A DNA stretch of 64,000 nt from IMG/VR virus record IMGVR_UViG_3300035670_000153, positions 1-64,000 of that record; one strand, 5' to 3'. Under the pieces are notes generated by a model, which was not told where the DNA came from, did not search any database, and worked only from the letters and a program-made list of their open reading frames with translations. The stretch comes from a virus. The position numbers and the translations under genes were made by a program. This document shows, one piece after another, positions 54,368 to 62,301 of the stretch; within the stretch, counting starts at the first letter, position 1, and each line of letters begins with the position of its first letter.

Positions 54368-54814
54368 TTAATTAACTTTATTAAATTCAACATTAAAATA
54401 TTCTTGTACTTCTTTTTTAGCATCTTTAAAGCATTTAATATAATATTTTAAATCACTAACTTCTTTTTCTTTCAACTTCATATCTCTAATTAGTTGAATT
54501 ACAACTCGAAACATAGAACCATCATCTTTATAACCAAACCATCCATTATGTATCCATTCCTCTGTTCCATCTGTATATTTAACTAATTTTTGCAGTGACC
54601 TACAACCATCGCTTTTAGTTACAAACCTAATAAAATTATTAATTATAGTAATCTGTTCACTATTATCTAATGGTTCACGTTTTTCTTTTCTTATTTTTTT
54701 TGTAGATGTTTCAGAATCAGAATCCTCTTCAAAATCGTTTTCATTTTCTAACTCAACATCTAAATCTAACTCTAATTCATCTGTAATTAAGCTATTTTTT
54801 GACATAATGCACAA
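54368..54814 (-). CDS. hypothetical protein with acidic N-terminus
   Basis: ORF with GGAGG SD. Confidence 0.65.
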   Translation of the reverse strand: MCIMSKNSLITDELELDLDVELENENDFEEDSDSETSTKKIRKEKREPLDNSEQITIINNFIRFVTKSDGCRSLQKLVKYTDGTEEWIHNGWFGYKDDGSMFRVVIQLIRDMKLKEKEVSDLKYYIKCFKDAKKEVQEYFNVEFNKVN

Positions 54815-54845
54815 CCTCCAATTATTTTATTTTAATATTATTATA

Positions 54846-56168
54846 TTATTCATCTTGAACGCTTTGTGCTTCTTCAATATCTAATACATCATCGGATTTA
54901 ATTATACCTTCTAAAACCTTAAATGTAAAGTTTTTATTTTTTAATGCAGTAAATTTTTCTCTGTTTTCAATTCTTACCACAATACCTTCTCTGATATGAG
55001 ATTTACCAATTGGGTCTACTCCATCAGTATATTTATTTACTCTTTGCATTAAATCTTCTTGAGTAGTATATATAAATTTTTCAAATACAGGAACATGTTC
55101 AATTCCCATTTGTTCACATCTCATTTGTGTTAATTCTGTAGGATATTCTACTACAATTCCATCTTCATTTGTCATAGTCATTCTATATACAAATACCTTA
55201 TTTTCTCCAACATTACATCTATATGTAAACCTAGTAGTTTCACCATATTGTTTAATAAATTCTTTATCTTTTGTTTTACTATTATTGCATTCAGGCATAA
55301 TTAATTGATTACTTTCTGTATATCCTACAATTTCTCCATAAACTGTCTCTCCTTTATGTAATTTACCTAGGAAAAAATTATGCCATTGTTCTCTGAATTT
55401 ATTTGTCCCATAAAATCCACCATCAAATGTATTCAATATGACTCTTCTTGAACCTGAAACATAATCCCATTCTTGTGTAGATTTAAATTTTACACCTAAA
55501 ATATAAAGCAAATTTAAAATGAATCTAGGTAATTTACTATTCCATTTAGATTGAGTAATTTTAAATGCTCTACTTTCTCTTAAACTTGTTCCATGCATTT
55601 TTAGAGATATAGTACAAATATCACCTTCTTTAAATTTAGCCATATTATAAGCTAATTGTTCAGTGTCTCTGTGTTCTGAAAAATAAGGAAATTTATTTTT
55701 TAAACTTATTTTCTTAGAATTACTTACTTTCATTCCTGTATTTTTTGAACCATTTATATGATTTGTTTGAGGAATATACTTATTACAAATTTCTACCCCA
55801 TTTAGGATTGAAATTGTGTCACCTTCTTTTAAAGTACCAACATCGGTAAAACTATGTAAACTATTGACATTTAACAATAAGCCATCTGATTTTTCACCTC
55901 TTAATTTTACTGATGAAACATGTCTTTTGTTTGGGTCTAAATATCCACCAATTTCATTCCCTTGTTCATCTTTCTTACGCAACAAATTATTTGCCTCACA
56001 AAAACCCATATTTAATCTTCCATCTGTTGGGAAATATACCATCATATCTCCAATTTTTACATCTAATCCAACTATAGTATCATTTCCAAATACTGTTGCT
56101 ACTTGTAATCTATCTGCATTAGAATGTTTTCTTAACTCTTTTATTCTTACAATATATCCACAATACAT
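54846..56168 (-). CDS. ATP-dependent RNA ligase (DRB0094/Rnl2-like) with N-terminal tRNA-binding OB-like domain
   Basis: HSNADRL N-terminus, motif I KMHGTS, GSR, YGEIVG, EGIVVR, K.K..F. Confidence 0.85.
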   Translation of the reverse strand: MYCGYIVRIKELRKHSNADRLQVATVFGNDTIVGLDVKIGDMMVYFPTDGRLNMGFCEANNLLRKKDEQGNEIGGYLDPNKRHVSSVKLRGEKSDGLLLNVNSLHSFTDVGTLKEGDTISILNGVEICNKYIPQTNHINGSKNTGMKVSNSKKISLKNKFPYFSEHRDTEQLAYNMAKFKEGDICTISLKMHGTSLRESRAFKITQSKWNSKLPRFILNLLYILGVKFKSTQEWDYVSGSRRVILNTFDGGFYGTNKFREQWHNFFLGKLHKGETVYGEIVGYTESNQLIMPECNNSKTKDKEFIKQYGETTRFTYRCNVGENKVFVYRMTMTNEDGIVVEYPTELTQMRCEQMGIEHVPVFEKFIYTTQEDLMQRVNKYTDGVDPIGKSHIREGIVVRIENREKFTALKNKNFTFKVLEGIIKSDDVLDIEEAQSVQDE

Positions 56169-57220
56169 TATACAATACCTGCTTTCTTTAATATATTTTT
56201 ATTTATTTCAATTACTAATTCATTTATTTTATTTTCATCTGGTTTTAATGGTAATTCAGTATGTTTAATAGAAAATTTTAAATCTTTTTCTGCTTTATCA
56301 ATCATATTAAAAATTTCTGAATAATCTTTATTATTATCTTTATTAATTACATAATCTCCATTCCTTAATGCCATCATAAACTCATGTTCATGTGCTCTAT
56401 TTGTAATAACTCCTTTACCTTCTAATATTTCTTTCCCCATTCTCATAAGTCTTATAATATGCATTACATGCTTATTTAAATGGATATCATCTTTCTTATT
56501 GTTTCTATGATTAAGAGAATCATAATCTTTAATAACATTTTTCCATTCAGATAATATAGATAATAAATCTCTTAATGGATAATGTTTAAGATTTAAATTT
56601 AAAAATATTTCTTCATCAAAATCTGTTTTGTTTGATTTATCAAGAAATAAGTTAATATCTTTCCCATCAAAGCAATGATAATTACGTTCTATATGTTCTC
56701 TTTGATGATTTATACTGTCTAATATGTGTTTCTCTTTTTCTTTTTGAGGATATGAGTCACGTGCTAAAGCATTTTGTAATCTTCTTAATTGAGCTGTAGC
56801 ATATCCACAAAAGGAATGTATTGCTCTTTGAGATAAAAATAAATTGATATTATCTCTTAATATTTTACCTTCATTACTTAATACAAAAATATCTTCTTCT
56901 CTAGTTCCAAATATTTCTAGTACATTGGGATTGCAATTCAATAAAAGATTAATAATTTGTTTAAAATAATAAATAGTAGTATCTGTTTTAGTTTCTACAA
57001 ATGGCTTATCTGTATTATTCATAGTCAGTAAATCATAATAACTATTATGTGCAACTCCTCTAATATCAATATCACTATTTTCATTATTTAATCCATAAGC
57101 ATATGAACCACCTAATGTAAGTATCATTAAATTATCTTTAAATTTATCTTTTAAAAAATCATAATCATTACTTGTATAAATTGTTTTTTGTATCTTTTTT
57201 GAATAATTATTTCCCATATT
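56168..57220 (-). CDS. Pol-beta family nucleotidyltransferase, RlaP/YcgL-like
   Basis: GGSYAYGL...SDIDIRG, NPN.LE, GYA..QL, KH.MH..RL; stop overlaps the RNA ligase start; probable start MNMGN. Confidence 0.85.
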   Translation of the reverse strand, partial: NMGNNYSKKIQKTIYTSNDYDFLKDKFKDNLMILTLGGSYAYGLNNENSDIDIRGVAHNSYYDLLTMNNTDKPFVETKTDTTIYYFKQIINLLLNCNPNVLEIFGTREEDIFVLSNEGKILRDNINLFLSQRAIHSFCGYATAQLRRLQNALARDSYPQKEKEKHILDSINHQREHIERNYHCFDGKDINLFLDKSNKTDFDEEIFLNLNLKHYPLRDLLSILSEWKNVIKDYDSLNHRNNKKDDIHLNKHVMHIIRLMRMGKEILEGKGVITNRAHEHEFMMALRNGDYVINKDNNKDYSEIFNMIDKAEKDLKFSIKHTELPLKPDENKINELVIEINKNILKKAGIV

Positions 57221-57611
57221 CATCTCCCCATATATTTTTAATATTATGTTTCGATTTTTTATCTGCTTTTTTTTCATGGTCTTTTTTTATTTTTTCTATT
57301 TTATTTTGCAGTTTATTATAATTTTTAATAATGAATCCATCTTTTTCTTCTTCATCTAAAAATATAATTTTTTCTAATTGTAATATTTCACCTTCTAAAA
57401 ATCTTGCGTTGATTATAATTCTATTAATTTCCTCTTTTAAAGTTTCAGTTTGTAATATTGAAACTTTGTCCTGTGTTTCTAACATACAATTATATTGTAT
57501 ATTATATTGTCTGCTAGTATCACGTAGTAAAAGACTCAATTCGTTCATTTCATCCATTAAACTTTCAAGCTTTAAATCATTTTCACTTTTTAAAAAATTC
57601 AATATCTTCAT
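57207..57611 (-). CDS. coiled-coil hypothetical protein
   Basis: GGAGG SD. Confidence 0.65.
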   Translation of the reverse strand: MKILNFLKSENDLKLESLMDEMNELSLLLRDTSRQYNIQYNCMLETQDKVSILQTETLKEEINRIIINARFLEGEILQLEKIIFLDEEEKDGFIIKNYNKLQNKIEKIKKDHEKKADKKSKHNIKNIWGDEYGK

Positions 57612-57769
57612 AACAATTCCTCCTTTAAATTTGGTTTATATTTTATATTTCTATTTAATATTAACATATAAGTTTTACTCTGTCAATAGAAAAAATAAAA
57701 ATAAGTTAAACTAATTTTTATAATTAATTTAACTTATTTTTTATATTAAAAACATATTATAGGCAATAT

Positions 57770-59245
57770 TTAAAAATAGTAATTTTCTATTTTCTTAACT
57801 AATGTATCAGTTCCATTTTCTGCTAAATGAATAAAATCAAAAATCTTTTCTGACCATCCTGCTATTATATTTGTATGATGTCCTTTAAATTGTTGTGTTC
57901 CATATCCCATTAAATCAACAGCATGAATCCAAACATTATTATTTATTTTATTTCTATATTCATTTGCAATTTTTTGACAAGGTACTTTATTATTATTATA
58001 CCATGATGATACTCTATCCATATCCCATCCTGAATTAATTTCATTATCAGATAATACAATAATTCTATCTACCTGTATATTATTATTAATTAAATATCTG
58101 AATGGTAATGTTATATCTGTTCCTCCACCATCAATTCTCATTCTTTCAGCATTTGATATAATTCCATTTGTGCTTGGCATAGTAACGTTTCTAATATTTG
58201 TATCAAAAGTAACTAATATTGTATCTTCACAAACATAATTACCCATAGACATTAATAGTGTTGCTATTTCTGAACATTTAATTGTACTCTTATTACTTAT
58301 TGCACTCGACATAGAGCCTGATACATCACAAGCAATTAAAGTTTTACCTTTAAGTGTTTGTACGTTTTGAGTACTTAATTTTATAGCTTCTTCTAAAATA
58401 TTATAAACCTTAGATGAACCTAGATTTTCTTGTTGCAATGTTTTATATGCTGAAAAATATCTGAAAGGTAACTGCTTATTGTTAAGAACAGCATCTCTAT
58501 TTGATAAAAAATCGTAAACCATATCAATATTATTAGGATTTGCTTTTATGATGTTTCTTAAATTTCTAAGCATTGCCATATATCCAACTTTTTTACTTGC
58601 TATTAATCCTTCCCATACTTCTTTTGTATTACCTTTTGCAGATAATTCTGTTTCCCAAGTATAAGGTGTTTCTAATTTATCTTCTAATAATCTTTTAAAC
58701 ATATCATTTTGAACTTCTGTTTTTGCTTTAGGATGTGTTAAACAAACTAAATCTTTAAGTTTTATATCTTTACTTTGGCTATTATATTTTTGTAATTGAT
58801 ACTCATTAAATGTAAGTAATCTATCAGCTAATCCCTTTTTAACAGAGTTTGGGATTGGTTTACCATAAGTATTAATTATATATGATAGTATTTCTGTCAT
58901 ATCATCTACTCTTTCAATTACATTGTTAATAGTTTTTCTTGTAAAAGGTTTTCCATTAACATGATTAGCTAACTCTCCAACTAAAACGTGAGATATACTA
59001 CGTAAATGCATTTCTTTTCTTGCAAACAATGCTAAATTAGCAATGAATTCTGGTTCTTTATTTAATACATTACGAATATTTTCAACTATTTCATTTGAAT
59101 TATCACCATAAAACTTTGATTCATTAAATAATGATGTAAGAACTTGTGTAACTAATTTTTCTTTATCAGACATTGTAAAAGCTTTAACACCTGATTTGTT
59201 TTCAGTAATTGAATTATCACTTGCATTTTTATTAAACTTTGACAT
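57770..59245 (-). CDS. Ro60/Rsr-like TROVE + vWA RNA-binding protein
   Basis: KFY, LALFAR.EMHLRS, F.EYQL.KY, L.HPK, TWETELS, GYMAMLRNLRN, QLPFRY; MIDAS DVSGSM, GGGTD, LSDNE, GWSE. Confidence 0.93.
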   Translation of the reverse strand: MSKFNKNASDNSITENKSGVKAFTMSDKEKLVTQVLTSLFNESKFYGDNSNEIVENIRNVLNKEPEFIANLALFARKEMHLRSISHVLVGELANHVNGKPFTRKTINNVIERVDDMTEILSYIINTYGKPIPNSVKKGLADRLLTFNEYQLQKYNSQSKDIKLKDLVCLTHPKAKTEVQNDMFKRLLEDKLETPYTWETELSAKGNTKEVWEGLIASKKVGYMAMLRNLRNIIKANPNNIDMVYDFLSNRDAVLNNKQLPFRYFSAYKTLQQENLGSSKVYNILEEAIKLSTQNVQTLKGKTLIACDVSGSMSSAISNKSTIKCSEIATLLMSMGNYVCEDTILVTFDTNIRNVTMPSTNGIISNAERMRIDGGGTDITLPFRYLINNNIQVDRIIVLSDNEINSGWDMDRVSSWYNNNKVPCQKIANEYRNKINNNVWIHAVDLMGYGTQQFKGHHTNIIAGWSEKIFDFIHLAENGTDTLVKKIENYYF

Positions 59246-59284
59246 AGGGGAAAACCTCCTGTTTATTATTTATTTTTATTTCTA

Positions 59285-59377
59285 TGGCAGGAAGTAAGGG
59301 ATTCGAACCCTTGCATCATAAAAATGACCTAATGCTTTAGCAAAGCATCCTCTTTAGCCATACTTGAGTAACTTCCT
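59285..59377 (-). tRNA. tRNA-Ser(GCT)
   Basis: cloverleaf, ATGCT-TTGCTAA-AGCAT, long variable arm, GTTCGAATC, encoded CCA. Confidence 0.92.
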
Positions 59378-59475
59378 ATAAATATTGTCTATCTGATTGT
59401 AATCTCAATATAATATTATTATATAACTTTATAGTTGTCAATACTTAAATAAAAATAATATTTAATATTAATAAT

Positions 59476-59567
59476 TGGCGGTGAGAGTAGGATTTGAACC
59501 TACGGAGGGCGAAAGCCCCCTCCAGTTTTCAAGACTGGTGCTATAAGCCATACTCTGCCACCCCACC
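59476..59567 (-). tRNA. tRNA-Ser(TGA)
   Basis: CCAGT-CTTGAAA-ACTGG, long variable arm, G73, CCA. Confidence 0.93.
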
Positions 59568-59574
59568 GTGATTA

Positions 59575-59745
59575 TGGTCTCTCCCATCGTCACCTTTATA
59601 AAACTATTTCTAGTATTGGACAGTAAAGGTCTTGCCCTATGCAAACGCTAGAATCGCCCCTAGCTCTTAATAATACCTACATCGAGCAAAGGATTCTTCA
59701 ATCATTTTATAATATTGAGTAGTGTAAAGTGATTGGTATTTAGAA
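59575..59745 (-). ncRNA. candidate structured ncRNA of unknown class
   Basis: GC-enriched spacer with stems AATACC/GGTATT, GCTAG/CTAGC and ACCTTTA/TAAAGGT, ending in ACCA. Confidence 0.35.
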
Positions 59746-59748
59746 AGA

Positions 59749-59832
59749 TGGTGGGTAGAGATAGATTTGAACTATCGTAGCAATTGCAATGGATTTACAG
59801 TCCATCTCCTTTAACCACTCGGACACCTACCC
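59749..59832 (-). tRNA. tRNA-Tyr(GTA)
   Basis: ATGGA-CTGTAAA-TCCAT, variable arm, CCA. Confidence 0.93.
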
Positions 59833-59837
59833 ATATT

Positions 59838-59909
59838 TGTGAATAAGAGGACTCGAACCTCTATCTAACAACTTGAATCGTTAACTTTGACCAATTAAGT
59901 TATATTCAC
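59838..59909 (-). tRNA. aberrant tRNA-like gene (6-nt anticodon loop TTCAAG, no encoded CCA)
   Basis: acceptor GTGAATA/TATTCAC, D loop with TGG, T arm AGAGG-TTCGAGT-CCTCT. Confidence 0.7.
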
Positions 59910-59941
59910 ATAGTTAAAATATCATTTACTTTTATTACTAA

Positions 59942-60015
59942 TGGAGAGTAATATAGGAATTGAACCTATGAATGTGGAGTTGCAGTCCACCACCATACCA
60001 CTTGGTTAATTACTC
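59942..60015 (-). tRNA. tRNA-Cys(GCA)
   Basis: GTGGA-CTGCAAC-TCCAC, U73, CCA. Confidence 0.93.
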
Positions 60016-60020
60016 ATATT

Positions 60021-60152
60021 TATTAAAAGAAAAACGACATCAGTATTTTTTGTTATCCTGCCATTAGACGAATTCATAAATTATGAATAATAGGACTCGA
60101 ACCTAATATCTACACCTTGGAATGGAGTAACTGATATCTACACTTTTTAATA
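60021..60152 (-). ncRNA. Y-RNA-like element 1 with permuted tRNA module (YrlA-like)
   Basis: terminal stem-AGTGTA-GATATCAGT..ACTGATGTC; T arm TAGG-TTCGAGT-CCTA, loop-closed acceptor TTCATA/TATGAA, D arm GTCTAATGGCAGGAT. Confidence 0.8.
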
Positions 60153-60153
60153 A

Positions 60154-60229
60154 TGGTCTACTCATCAGGACTCGAACCTGAAACCTCATCACCCCAAATG
60201 ACGAATTCTACCAATTGAAATATGAGTAG
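60154..60229 (-). tRNA. tRNA-Pro(TGG)
   Basis: CGTCA-TTTGGGG-TGATG, CCA. Confidence 0.92.
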
Positions 60230-60236
60230 ATATTTT

Positions 60237-60335
60237 TTTGTTTTAGAGAAAATCAATATTTGTATTTTTATTTTATCACGCTAGAAACGTGACTATTATG
60301 TAAGAAGTAACAAATATTTACACTTCTAAAACAAA
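60237..60335 (-). ncRNA. Y-RNA-like element 2 (family stem plus one hairpin)
   Basis: AGAAGTGTA-AATATTTGT-TACTTC...ACAAATATT-GATTTTCTCT; internal TCACG/CGTGA hairpin. Confidence 0.7.
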
Positions 60336-60372
60336 TTGTTATTAATAATTAATCTCTTTATCATAAATATAT

Positions 60373-60472
60373 TTTATTATTTAGAGAAAATCTATATTTG
60401 TATGTAAACCCTCGTCTGAGAGTATCTTATATCGGAAAGAAGTAACAAATATATACACTTCTAAATAATAAA
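60373..60472 (-). ncRNA. Y-RNA-like element 3
   Basis: AGAAGTGTA-TATATTTGT-TACTTC...ACAAATATA-GATTTTCTCT. Confidence 0.7.
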
Positions 60473-60544
60473 TATACTTACTTCAATAAAAATTGTAAGG
60501 TTTAATTTAATAGAATTAAACGGCAATTTAATCCTAAATAATTT

Positions 60545-60616
60545 TACTTGAGAAAATCAAATAAAGTATTTATTTTCACCAAAAGAAAGAAGTAACTTTA
60601 TTTTACACTGCAAGTA
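60545..60616 (-). ncRNA. Y-RNA-like element 4 (minimal)
   Basis: TACTTG-CAGTGTA-AAATAAAGT-TACTTC...ACTTTATTT-GATTTTCT-CAAGTA. Confidence 0.7.
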
Positions 60617-60619
60617 TAA

Positions 60620-60695
60620 TGGCTGGAAGACAAGGATTCGAACCTCGATTATCTGAGTCAAAGTCAGATGTCATAACCAATTAGACCATCTTCCA
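60620..60695 (-). tRNA. tRNA-Gln(TTG)
   Basis: TCTGA-CTTTGAC-TCAGA, U1-A72, G73, CCA. Confidence 0.93.
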
Positions 60696-60781
60696 TTATT
60701 GGAATATATTTTGTAAAAGAATTAAATCCATTTACGCATATATTATAAGTATAATTCTTTATAAAAATAATTTTAATTTTA

Positions 60782-61447
60782 TTATTTAATAACTGGTTTA
60801 AATTCTCCAAAATATTTTTCTTCTGCTTCTTTTCTAGCATTTACAGCATATTGAAAAACTTCATATCTGCCTAGAAATATATTCTTATTATTTATTCTAA
60901 TATAGGCATACCATTTTTGTCTTTTATCATCCCATCTTACACCCATTACTCCACTTTTATTTGTTGATACAATATTTTTATTTCTTGCATTTTCTTGACT
61001 AGTACAACATCTTAAATTATATTTAATGTTATTTAATGGATTTCTATCAATATGGTCTACTACAATATTATTATTATCATCAACAACATTCATTATAAAT
61101 CTGTGCAATTTAACATGTTTACTATCTATAGTTGTACATACATAATTATTTTTGCTTTCTATACACCATTTATACATACTACATCTTTCAACATCATTTA
61201 AATCAATTATAGCTTTATTAATAGGATTCCCTTGAATATTATATAAAATAATTTCAGCATAATTATCATATATGATTATTTCATTTACATCATTTCTATT
61301 TCTTTCTTGTTTTGATTCATCAATAATTTTATTATGTCTTTTTAGTTGTTGATAATGTTTACCACATAATATCATATTCCATTTTTTGCTATTTGTCATC
61401 TTATGTGTCTCATTTTCAAAACAACCACAAATATTACAAGTATACAT
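60782..61447 (-). CDS. free-standing HNH-AP2 homing endonuclease inside the tRNA array
   Basis: LHRFIM..VVDHIDRNPLNN.KYNLR..T.QEN.RN; SG..GV.W....KWYAYI......LG.Y (AP2). Confidence 0.88.
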   Translation of the reverse strand: MYTCNICGCFENETHKMTNSKKWNMILCGKHYQQLKRHNKIIDESKQERNRNDVNEIIIYDNYAEIILYNIQGNPINKAIIDLNDVERCSMYKWCIESKNNYVCTTIDSKHVKLHRFIMNVVDDNNNIVVDHIDRNPLNNIKYNLRCCTSQENARNKNIVSTNKSGVMGVRWDDKRQKWYAYIRINNKNIFLGRYEVFQYAVNARKEAEEKYFGEFKPVIK

Positions 61448-61484
61448 TACTTCACCTTCTTTTATTTATTGATTGATAAAATTT

Positions 61485-61650
61485 TATTAGGAGAAATTCG
61501 ATATTGGTTCATATGTTATATTTTGTGCTTATTTAACCTGTCAAAACACAGGACTTAGATTAAAGCACCCCATCTAAGTTTTGTTTTTTTAAAATACGAA
61601 ATTTTAAAATTCTTATAATTTGAAGTAACCAATATCTACACTACCTAATA
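61485..61650 (-). ncRNA. Y-RNA-like element 5 (family stem plus three hairpins, no T/D consensus)
   Basis: TATTAGG-TAGTGTA-GATATTGGT-TACTTC...ACCAATATC-GAATTTCT-CCTAATA; three internal hairpins. Confidence 0.7.
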
Positions 61651-61694
61651 TCTTACCTTTTCTGCTTTTCTTACTATTTCATAAAACAATTTGT

Positions 61695-61765
61695 TAATCC
61701 GAGAAAAAATGCATAGAGTGTTTTTTCGTAAAATGAAGTAACCCTAATGCTACACCTTCGGATTA
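61695..61765 (-). ncRNA. Y-RNA-like element 6 (minimal)
   Basis: TAATCCGA-AGGTGTA-GCATTAGGGT-TACTTC...ACTCTATGC-ATTTTTTC-TCGGATTA. Confidence 0.65.
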
Positions 61766-61839
61766 TGGCAGGGATGGAAAGAATTGAACTCTCGACAATG
61801 GTTTTGGAGACCATTGTTTTACCATTAAACTACATCCCT
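61766..61839 (-). tRNA. tRNA-Trp(CCA)
   Basis: ATGGT-CTCCAAA-ACCAT, G73, CCA. Confidence 0.93.
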
Positions 61840-61847
61840 ATAAGTAA

Positions 61848-61978
61848 TATTCAGAGAACAACTATTAGAAATTTTTTACGTTTTACCATTAAACTACATC
61901 TGCATGTTGCAGATGATTGGACTCGAACCAATATCTTATCAACCCATTTGAAGAAATTCCAATATACACTTCTAAATA
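61848..61978 (-). ncRNA. Y-RNA-like element 7 with permuted tRNA module
   Basis: AGAAGTGTA-TATTGGAA...; T arm ATTGG-TTCGAGT-CCAAT, acceptor CATCTGCA/TGCAGATG closed by ACA, TA, D arm GTTT-AATGGTA-AAAC. Confidence 0.85.
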
Positions 61979-61981
61979 CTA

Positions 61982-62056
61982 TGGTAGCTCATACCAGAAT
62001 TGAACTGATATTTTGTGGTTGAAAACCACATGTCCTTACCATTAGACGAATGAGCC
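61982..62056 (-). tRNA. tRNA-Glu(TTC)
   Basis: TGTGG-TTTTCAA-CCACA, CCA. Confidence 0.92.
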
Positions 62057-62062
62057 ATATTA

Positions 62063-62196
62063 TAGGTGAGAAAATCAAATAGTCTTTTATCGTACTCTAC
62101 CATTTGAGCTATAACACATCATATGATGTATTAGTGAGACTCGAACTCACAACCCCGTCATTAACATTGAAGAAGTACTATTTTACACTACACCTA
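62063..62196 (-). ncRNA. Y-RNA-like element 8 with permuted tRNA module
   Basis: TAGGTG-TAGTGTA-AAATAGT-ACTTC; T arm GTGAG-TTCGAGT-CTCAC, acceptor TAATACATC/GATGTGTTA closed by ATAT, TA, D arm GCTC-AAATGGTA-GAGT. Confidence 0.85.
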
Positions 62197-62200
62197 AATT

Positions 62201-62276
62201 TGGAAGCAGAAGCAAGATTTGAACTTGCGATTTTCAGATTATGAGTCTGACGAGATGACCACTTCTCTATTCTGCA
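62201..62276 (-). tRNA. tRNA-Met(CAT), initiator-like
   Basis: TCAGA-CTCATAA-TCTGA, 1:72 U-U mismatch, CCA. Confidence 0.88.
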
Positions 62277-62301
62277 ATATATAATCTCTTACTGTATTAC
62301 T

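Noticed and set aside
3105-57714. Numerous + strand ORFs of 60-150 aa (for example 8173-8511, 46848-47234, 50941-51327, 55816-56268)
   Set aside because: Each is antisense to a well-supported minus-strand gene, lacks an SD and has shadow-like composition
59700-59748. Theta/HDV-like ribozyme at the tRNA-Tyr 3' end
   Set aside because: No G-initiated P1 helix or nested pseudoknot is discernible, and the tRNA already encodes CCA
60237-61765. + strand AGAGAAAA...GAAGTA motifs read as T-box leaders
   Set aside because: No T-box GGTGGNACC antiterminator, no downstream + strand genes, and the tRNA modules read correctly only on the minus strand
61747-62022. 91-aa + strand ORF
   Set aside because: It is the antisense shadow of tRNA-Trp, element 7 and tRNA-Glu
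60021-62196. Conserved-ends/variable-middle elements read as a CRISPR array
   Set aside because: The repeats are bipartite, covarying stems of irregular spacing, interleaved with tRNAs; there are no constant direct repeats and no cas operon
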